IMG/VR virus record: IMGVR_UViG_3300015360_000036
Coordinates: 9,769-73,768 of that record
From: a virus
Reading direction: 5' to 3' (one strand)
DNA length: 64,000 nt
Shown here: one piece after another, positions 58,601 to 64,000 of the stretch
Position numbering within the stretch: position 1 is the first letter of the stretch
How the letters are laid out: each line of letters starts with the position of its first letter
The notes under the pieces: model-generated
What the model was told of the DNA's origin: nothing
Database searches by the model: none
What the model saw: the letters and a program-made list of their open reading frames with translations, nothing else
Translations under genes and position numbers: made by a program

Positions 58601-59176
58601 GAAGACTTAGAAGAAACGCATGATGCCATGATGGATCTTGCAAATGCACCAGTCAAGGTACGTAAAGAAGCAGAAGCAATCCATAGATTAGTATCTGAAG
58701 GAAAACTAGATCCACAAGATCTTGGAGCCCTAGTATCAGAAGGTCTTGATAAGGATGCAGTTGCATATTACAAGAAATACTACAGCCAAGCTGATGGTGG
58801 TTCAGAATTCGCAAGTGAACTTGTCAAGGAACACGTAAAGGCTCATATTGAAGACGAACTAAACACTTACAAAGTTAAAATGGCAAGAGCTTATGAACTA
58901 GCTCATGAAATGGTAGCAAGAGGATTATGCCGTAATGATAGAATGGCAGTCTCTGCACAAGTAGAAGAGCTTATGAAGTTCAATGACGAGAATTTCGATT
59001 CTCTAAAGAGAGTTGTTGCACAACATGCACCAACAATGCGTAAAGAAGCTGGTCGCATTCCACAAGTTGGAATGATTGGATCTGGTGAAATTACAGTAAG
59101 CAATGAGTCAGATGACGGGAACTTATTTGCACAACTATCAGCAGCACTTAGCAAATCTTCTAGAAAGATGTTCTAA
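55649..59176 (+). CDS. Prohead protease fused to scaffold-like region
   Basis: NSNGDIFPEEEL, KPLCIDH, VRGFIVD, VSMG, CSDC, ELSIV..GAD.KA; long acidic/helical C-terminal part; position after portal. Confidence 0.72.
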   Translation: MFIKLGELIEITRVENAEAYRETISAEVLEQFKKTAGNLKRIAPKAEDFLYFSAVMMHAAESSALNDDGSSKVNGKGEVVKVSWDKTNNTMRWVSNDPNVKPYRNSNGDIFPEEELIKAHKKWVHKPLCIDHKSSSVDHVRGFIVDTVYDSQLKRVIALCALDKQNYPDLARKVSTGYSNCVSMGTAVGRAICSDCARVARAEADFCNCMKNKSCYGEINVDLNPIELSIVVNGADQKAKIKHIIAAANTLSTYIEQKEQEFKKLAGKRYSASFSVSDDTTDYSDSSSANLVVSKTDLSEFKDAINETMKTLENLNSKAEEENSGNEKTSNDKSDSDSANDSDDLTVNSSLQSSDKVSSTLDSEEALAELRSMTEAMGAKLSHMKQSLDKLANTSNKQEENMSGSKEINKNAYHQGTEEPKPGQQQYTVDPLNQKLRTDGDKQMSGQMDTGPVDGMHPGPDSTSMSEMERKKMLARATAEERAMKRTAVVNLAKKALEDKKAYYLNDSGTKENPGTPTPGKPKYPVDKLEADLREDGDRHMLGQKPFPGVGSVDGLHPSPASADVADEKKRKEMLARASRIRARFVRASKFDGTQDMGRSAWEVFMGDKLLLNASVNELSGNRAEMLFDSIATKEFGSKLIEKIKVHGADRVRSLVKSAAPGDAAPPADAAPPAAAPAAPAAGAEGPEAGAEAPVLDDAGNSGDPKEAIKELSGKLTDVASDLTEAVVLMNGEKAEMGDVEAPSADVPMGSSASFSTSHLNSLRKEINGALTHAMKEAVAELNDHAQELEMISGLYDRGIGDANEEMVNPIFEDAVQEAKTAVADGFKLMTAFVKYARGTKAIVKRAQLEDELQALDLGGDSIGGEELGGTGDAELDAIIESAKLDSDLESGDSLESLEADDDYNDALDVTVNPDQARNISNMGLPEDAKVTVASFDSKAGRAALRAKLATDTLKISPMLGEAHPKGGFTTDLDVNPSGDLAKVEDLEETHDAMMDLANAPVKVRKEAEAIHRLVSEGKLDPQDLGALVSEGLDKDAVAYYKKYYSQADGGSEFASELVKEHVKAHIEDELNTYKVKMARAYELAHEMVARGLCRNDRMAVSAQVEELMKFNDENFDSLKRVVAQHAPTMRKEAGRIPQVGMIGSGEITVSNESDDGNLFAQLSAALSKSSRKMF

Positions 59177-59196
59177 GAATTACTAAAAGAGGATCT

Positions 59197-59874
59197 ATGA
59201 AAAACAAGAGCGTATCAGATTTCGTAGCTGCATCAATGGATGCAGTTCTAAAAAGCCAAGAACATCAATCACTATTCGGCACACAATATAAATTCGCCTC
59301 TGACGAGAACGATGCTAAATGTGAAAAATGCCAAGATGACTCATGCACCTGCGACTCTTCAGCCGCAGATGATGAAGAGTTAGAGTTAGACCCAGCAGAA
59401 GACGATGATGAAGAACTTGATGATTCAATGGCTGATGACACTGCCACTTCAAAAGCAGAAGAAGCAGATACCGCATTAGCATTTGACGTTGCAATTGACA
59501 GTCTTCTAACAGCTTCTGCTGCTCTAGATTCAGTCAATCTTAGCAGAGGGTCTGCCCTTAGCTTGAAACTAGCTTCTCTAGTTGTTGAAGCAAAGAAGTC
59601 AAGTGTTGATTCTAAGAAGAGCGACAAAGCAAAAGCCAATAAGAAGAAGGCTGATGAAAAAGCAAAAGCTGACAAAAATAAGGCTGATGACAAGAAGAAG
59701 AAAGAAAAAGAAAAAGCATTAGCCGATAAGAAGAAGGCTGATGATAAGAAGAAAGCCGATGCCAAGAAGAAGAGCAATGATGCAAGAGGCGGAAAGAAAG
59801 ACTCAGGCAAAGATTCTAAAGACTCTAAAGATGGCAAAAAAGGCGGATTCGTTCCTTTTCAAAAGAAGAAATAA
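59197..59874 (+). CDS. Protein with acidic N-half and Lys/Ala/Asp-rich low-complexity tail
   Basis: KKKADD/KKKADE repeats. Confidence 0.65.
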   Translation: MKNKSVSDFVAASMDAVLKSQEHQSLFGTQYKFASDENDAKCEKCQDDSCTCDSSAADDEELELDPAEDDDEELDDSMADDTATSKAEEADTALAFDVAIDSLLTASAALDSVNLSRGSALSLKLASLVVEAKKSSVDSKKSDKAKANKKKADEKAKADKNKADDKKKKEKEKALADKKKADDKKKADAKKKSNDARGGKKDSGKDSKDSKDGKKGGFVPFQKKK

Positions 59875-59897
59875 CAACATTAGTTGGTAACAATATA

Positions 59898-60161
59898 ATG
59901 ACCGATATAAATAACATTGAAGCCGAAATTGACCAGTTGATGGCTGATTCTTCGGCTTCGGTCGATTCTACACCAAAAACTCTTGATCTATATGAAGCAT
60001 GTGATATTATTTCCGCTAATATGAAGCAAGTAATAGATCAGATTAAAGCTTGCAAATTTGAATTGCATAACCCTTCTTCTAAAACAACCGTTATCAAGGT
60101 AATAAAACTTTTACGTGCTGCTGAAACTGAATTATCAGAAATAAAAGATATCATGGGCTGA
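59898..60161 (+). CDS. Hypothetical protein
   Basis: ORF. Confidence 0.55.
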   Translation: MTDINNIEAEIDQLMADSSASVDSTPKTLDLYEACDIISANMKQVIDQIKACKFELHNPSSKTTVIKVIKLLRAAETELSEIKDIMG

Positions 60162-60200
60162 TTAGAAGATGGTTTACCAGGTAAATAATTAAGGAATAAT

Positions 60201-60416
60201 ATGTTTAAACAAAGTAGCTTTGAGACAGAACTTTTTGAATCTATGGAAAAACAATTGAAAACCAATGAATTGGAATCCAAGAAAGGCTTTAATAGACTAG
60301 CCAAAGCTGCTGATTTATTAAACACTGCTGCAATTATCTTAGATAAAGCTGGCATGACCAGCGAAGCAGATGCAATCACTAAAATACTAACTAGTATGAC
60401 AAAGGTAGGTAAGTAA
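60201..60416 (+). CDS. Small helical-motif protein, paralog of next gene
   Basis: FETEL...RLAKAADLLNTAAIILDKAGMTSEADAITKIL. Confidence 0.65.
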   Translation: MFKQSSFETELFESMEKQLKTNELESKKGFNRLAKAADLLNTAAIILDKAGMTSEADAITKILTSMTKVGK

Positions 60417-60784
60417 TGATTAATAAATCTGTATTTGAAGAAGATTTAGTTAATGGAATGTATAATATTGTAACTGCTGGAGATAAAGCAGCTAACATGG
60501 ACAGATTATCAGAAGCTGTCGATTGCTTAAGCTCTGCTTCAGAAATATTAGCAGAAAATGGCTTGATGAAACAATCAAATGCTATTATGGCATTACTTAC
60601 CAAAATAGCTAATGACCCACATACAAATGGATTAACTCCAAACAAAATGGTAGGTAATCTTAAAGATCATGGTCATGAATTTAACTTATCAGATGATATG
60701 AATGATGTTCTTGATTCTGATTTAGGTATGTTAGATGGTGAAGTAATAGAAGATACCGAAGCTAGTTTTGAGGATGAAATATAA
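60416..60784 (+). CDS. Small helical-motif protein
   Basis: FEEDL...RLSEAVDCLSSASEILAENGLMKQSNAIMALLTKIA. Confidence 0.65.
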   Translation: MINKSVFEEDLVNGMYNIVTAGDKAANMDRLSEAVDCLSSASEILAENGLMKQSNAIMALLTKIANDPHTNGLTPNKMVGNLKDHGHEFNLSDDMNDVLDSDLGMLDGEVIEDTEASFEDEI

Positions 60785-61608
60785 TTCTTAAATTCTATAT
60801 ATTTGTCATATTTTCTTGGTAAATATATAGTAGAATTTATATATAGCCAATCAAGCATTTTTATACATTGTAAATTACCACCTACAGATAATGTAGTGGT
60901 AATTTTATTTGTTTTTGGTCTTGATAATGACTGTGAACAATTAATACTTAGTACTTTTTTTAATAGTATGGCTGTTTGTTCGCAGAATTGTTTAGTAGAT
61001 ATTATTTTCCATATAGTATTAATACCTTTTCTATTTTTATATATAGTTCCATCTCCATCACTATAACCACGTAAAAAATGTCTAATTAATTCATCGGGGA
61101 TTGTTTTGGGGAATTCTAATATTAATGATTTATTGGGAATACATCCATGACTAATCAATTGATCACATATTTCTTTTTGATTGATTCTAAAATAAGAGTA
61201 AGTGGTGTCTGATTCTTTATTTTTGGTTGCTTTAATTGTAGATGACGGCGACATAATATCTCTAAATTTCTCTATAATACATAGATCGTCTGATTTTAAT
61301 TTTAAACATACTGTATATGCATTATTTTTTATTTGTACACATCCATCTGCATATAAAAATCCTAAAAAGTAAGCACTTTCTTCCGTATTTATTTCTTTAA
61401 AAAAAGCAATGTTAATATCAATGTATTTTATATTTTTGAAAACAGAGATTCTGTCTCTACATTTAATTCCCCTACGTTTAAAGATTTTAGAAACATTAGT
61501 TTGACTACATTTTAATATCTCAGATATTTCTTTTTGTGTTTTCCCGGAATTATACAATTCAATCATAAATTGTATTTTTTTATCTTCAATCATATTATAA
61601 TTGTCCAA
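60673..61608 (-). CDS. LAGLIDADG homing endonuclease with N-terminal HTH
   Basis: YFLGFLYADG and HFLRGYSDGDG; largest - strand gene in window. Confidence 0.88.
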   Translation of the reverse strand: MDNYNMIEDKKIQFMIELYNSGKTQKEISEILKCSQTNVSKIFKRRGIKCRDRISVFKNIKYIDINIAFFKEINTEESAYFLGFLYADGCVQIKNNAYTVCLKLKSDDLCIIEKFRDIMSPSSTIKATKNKESDTTYSYFRINQKEICDQLISHGCIPNKSLILEFPKTIPDELIRHFLRGYSDGDGTIYKNRKGINTIWKIISTKQFCEQTAILLKKVLSINCSQSLSRPKTNKITTTLSVGGNLQCIKMLDWLYINSTIYLPRKYDKYIEFKNYISSSKLASVSSITSPSNIPKSESRTSFISSDKLNS

Positions 61609-61629
61609 TTGTGTTATTTATTTAACATA

Positions 61630-61643
61630 TGATATATATATCA
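61630..61643. promoter_or_regulatory. Palindromic TGATATATATATCA between divergent genes
   Basis: YGATATA motif on both strands. Confidence 0.5.
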
Positions 61644-61736
61644 ATGAGACATAATATGGTTATAAGGATAGTTAATGAATATAATAAATGATTTTTTTGT
61701 TAGGGGCATTGAGATAAAGATCTCAATGATTTCATA

Positions 61737-62426
61737 ATGTTGCGCTTGGTCCAGGTGGGTAATGCACTTCCAGCCAGTTTTATATGCGATCCATCGGCAC
61801 AATTTCAGCCAGGACAAATAGCTGAATTGACTGTCATCAATAACCAAGTAATGATAACTGTCAGCAATGGTACAGCTCCAATTGGTATTATTGATGATAT
61901 TAAAACAGTAGCTTTCACTAACATTTCTTGGAACGAAGTAGTTATAGTTCCGGCAGTAGGCATAGATAACGGTTCTGGAACTTTAGTTACACCAATTGAT
62001 ATTAAAGCTGAATTAAGAAAGCCAAATATTGTATCTACAAGTTTTAGTTCCAGTATCAGCGTAACATTGAATCCAATCAATGGTGTTATTACATTCATTG
62101 CTGGAACACCATTGAATTTTGATTTGAGTGGAACTGGTTCACCTAATGCTATTAGAACCATCGTTAACTATACGTATCAAGTTCCTAATATTCCAGGCGA
62201 TGATAGTACGCAAGGATCGGGCAGAGTTACGGTTTGGTTCAATAGGATGTTTTTTCAAACAAATCAATATGAAAGTAATCAACAGTATCCAGTAAAAGCT
62301 AATTTGTATGTTAGCGAACTCGGATTCTTGACTACTAGAAGAGCTAGTCAGTATCATCCTGCTATTGGTATGGTTACGGCTCCGCCAACTCCGAACAACC
62401 CCATGTTGGAGATTTTGTATTTTTAA
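61737..62426 (+). CDS. Putative virion (head decoration-like) protein, paralog of 34091-34807
   Basis: Shared motifs listed for the paralog; beta-rich. Confidence 0.6.
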   Translation: MLRLVQVGNALPASFICDPSAQFQPGQIAELTVINNQVMITVSNGTAPIGIIDDIKTVAFTNISWNEVVIVPAVGIDNGSGTLVTPIDIKAELRKPNIVSTSFSSSISVTLNPINGVITFIAGTPLNFDLSGTGSPNAIRTIVNYTYQVPNIPGDDSTQGSGRVTVWFNRMFFQTNQYESNQQYPVKANLYVSELGFLTTRRASQYHPAIGMVTAPPTPNNPMLEILYF

Positions 62427-62467
62427 AATTTCCGTTTTAGCTGATATATAGTGCTTTGGAGGTCACA

Positions 62468-63505
62468 ATGACTACAGAGCACCAAGTTGAACGGATTATT
62501 TATCTTTATAAAGTAACATGTATCACAAATAATAAAATTTATATAGGACAATCAGTTGATCCAACAGGAAGATGGCGAGCACATAGAAGAGACTCTTCTG
62601 ATCCTAAAGTACAATTTCATTATGCAATCAAAAAATATGGTTCTCATAATTTTGAATTTGAGGTAATAGCTTGTTGCAAAACTCAAGATGATGCCAATGA
62701 TATGGAAACGGAGTTAGTTGCACAATATAATAGTTTCGTATCAAGTGGTTATGGATACAATGCAACTCATGGAGGTATGAATGCACCGAAATCTGAAGCT
62801 TGGATTCAAGCTATGAAAAACTGGCACGCATCTTTATCACCTGAAGAAAAAGCAGCAAGAAGTAAAATGCACTCAGAAAGTATGTTAAATATTATTGCTA
62901 CTAAAGGTCATCCGGCTCAAGGAACTAAACGTACTCCAGATCAAGTTCAAAACTTAATTCAAGCTAGAAAAGATCATCCAGTAGTTTACACAGATGAAAT
63001 AAGAGAAAGAATGTCTTTAGCTCATCTGGGTAAAGAGTTACCTGCTGAGCAAATAGAAAAAATGGCGGTAGCTATAAAAGAAAATTGGGATAAAAGATTA
63101 GCTGAATTAGAATCCACTGGAAACATAAAGTGTCATGCTGAAGGTTGTACAGTATATGGTACAAAGATAAAGTATATCATTCTTAATGAAATTAGGTACT
63201 GTTCTACACATGGACAAAGATTGAGAAATACGGGTTCATTGCAGCTTAATACAAATCGTTCATCTCATAATAAAGGTGTGCCAATGTCAGAAGAGGCTAA
63301 GGAGAAGGTTAGGCTAGCTAAACTCGGCAAGGTACCGCCAGGACAAATTAAATTTACTAAGGAGCAAGTTGAATCTATTTTAAATGATAGTAGACCTAGT
63401 AGATTGATAGCAAATGATTTCAATGTTTCTCAAAATACGATTCTTAGGTTGAAAAACAGAAAAAATGATTTCTTGATATCTATAATACTACATATTGTAG
63501 AGTGA
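62468..63505 (+). CDS. GIY-YIG homing endonuclease with NUMOD3-like repeats
   Basis: GGAGG SD; YLYKVT..NNKIYIGQS, RWRAH, GYNATHGG. Confidence 0.88.
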   Translation: MTTEHQVERIIYLYKVTCITNNKIYIGQSVDPTGRWRAHRRDSSDPKVQFHYAIKKYGSHNFEFEVIACCKTQDDANDMETELVAQYNSFVSSGYGYNATHGGMNAPKSEAWIQAMKNWHASLSPEEKAARSKMHSESMLNIIATKGHPAQGTKRTPDQVQNLIQARKDHPVVYTDEIRERMSLAHLGKELPAEQIEKMAVAIKENWDKRLAELESTGNIKCHAEGCTVYGTKIKYIILNEIRYCSTHGQRLRNTGSLQLNTNRSSHNKGVPMSEEAKEKVRLAKLGKVPPGQIKFTKEQVESILNDSRPSRLIANDFNVSQNTILRLKNRKNDFLISIILHIVE

Positions 63506-63526
63506 AATAATACATCAGAGGCACTA

Positions 63527-64000
63527 ATGACTTTTAAGCACAGCAAATTTATAGATTCAGTAACAATGCGTTCATTTGAAAAAATCGCAATGGAGAAAGG
63601 CTTAATTACGGCGGATTCTCTATATAAAAAAGCCTCAAAGAAGCTAGATCTTAGAGCATCAGATAATATTATGCAAAATGTCTTTACATTATGTGCAGGC
63701 TTGAAGCAAATAGGTTTAGAAGCATATGCTCATGACCTACAAAAGAAGTTTTTAAATTACAAACAATCATCTAGTGAGTCTGGCGAAGACTTAATCGAGC
63801 AAGCTCATCCAAAGGGTGGACATGAGGTAGCTGATGTTGAAGGTGATGCATTAGTTGAAACAATCTTAGAGCAACATCTTAAGATGATTACAATGGTTAA
63901 TAAGAAGCCAACTGGTAAAGTTTCAAGTGCATCAACAAGTAGAGATATCATTAATGCTGTCAAGTATAGTTTAGGTCAAGCAATTGCTCCAACAGTAGAT
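63527..64000 (+). CDS. Putative virion protein (3' truncated by window)
   Basis: GAGG SD, MTFKHSKF...; AHPKGG..VE..E.H..M motif shared with scaffold region. Confidence 0.65.
   Translation, partial: MTFKHSKFIDSVTMRSFEKIAMEKGLITADSLYKKASKKLDLRASDNIMQNVFTLCAGLKQIGLEAYAHDLQKKFLNYKQSSSESGEDLIEQAHPKGGHEVADVEGDALVETILEQHLKMITMVNKKPTGKVSSASTSRDIINAVKYSLGQAIAPTVD

Noticed and set aside
24869-59837. Numerous - strand ORFs of 60-190 aa (e.g. 24869, 26615, 57430, 59265)
   Set aside because: Antisense shadows of + strand genes, S/L/F-rich, with no motifs.
59919-59959. GAAGCCGAA/TTCGGCTTC inverted repeat as terminator or ncRNA
   Set aside because: Lies inside an ORF, has a long loop and no U-tract; insufficient support.
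1-64000. Bacterial chromosome origin suggested by dnaE, recA, tig, dnaJ, def
   Set aside because: Terminase, portal, prohead protease, gp32-like SSB, dNMP kinase, homing endonucleases and non-bacterial gene order indicate a large phage.

Overview
AT-rich, gene-dense segment, almost entirely on the + strand, from a large (jumbo-type) tailed dsDNA bacteriophage using the standard genetic code. About 1-33 kb is a replication, recombination and host-takeover block: TopA end, AAA+ ATPase, ribosomal bS21, MT-A70 methylase, peptide deformylase with a SEC-C tail, thioredoxin fold, a primase split over two genes, SbcD/SbcC, dNMP kinase, PD-(D/E)XK nuclease, trigger factor, DnaE, RecA, SSB, RuvC, DnaJ and a sigma-region-4-like protein. 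About 34-64 kb is a head morphogenesis block: lambda-GpA-like terminase, intein-containing portal, prohead protease/scaffold and many unknown proteins, plus embedded enzymes (CCA/poly(A)-family nucleotidyltransferase, lytic transglycosylase, Cys-phosphatase). Free-standing GIY-YIG, HNH and LAGLIDADG endonucleases are interspersed. Best leads: (i) a shared helical motif plus recurring K-x-A sites across head-block proteins, suggesting a capsid cargo-loading and processing code; (ii) a phage-encoded ribosome-exit-tunnel protein-biogenesis set; (iii) a nucleotidyltransferase with an altered base-templating motif; (iv) an IS607-type HTH protein preceded by TGATATCA boxes next to dnaE; (v) RNA hairpins at the ribosome-binding sites of two paralogous genes. 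No tRNA, rRNA or CRISPR array was seen, and no major capsid gene could be identified. All calls come from motif recognition by eye; no searches were run.
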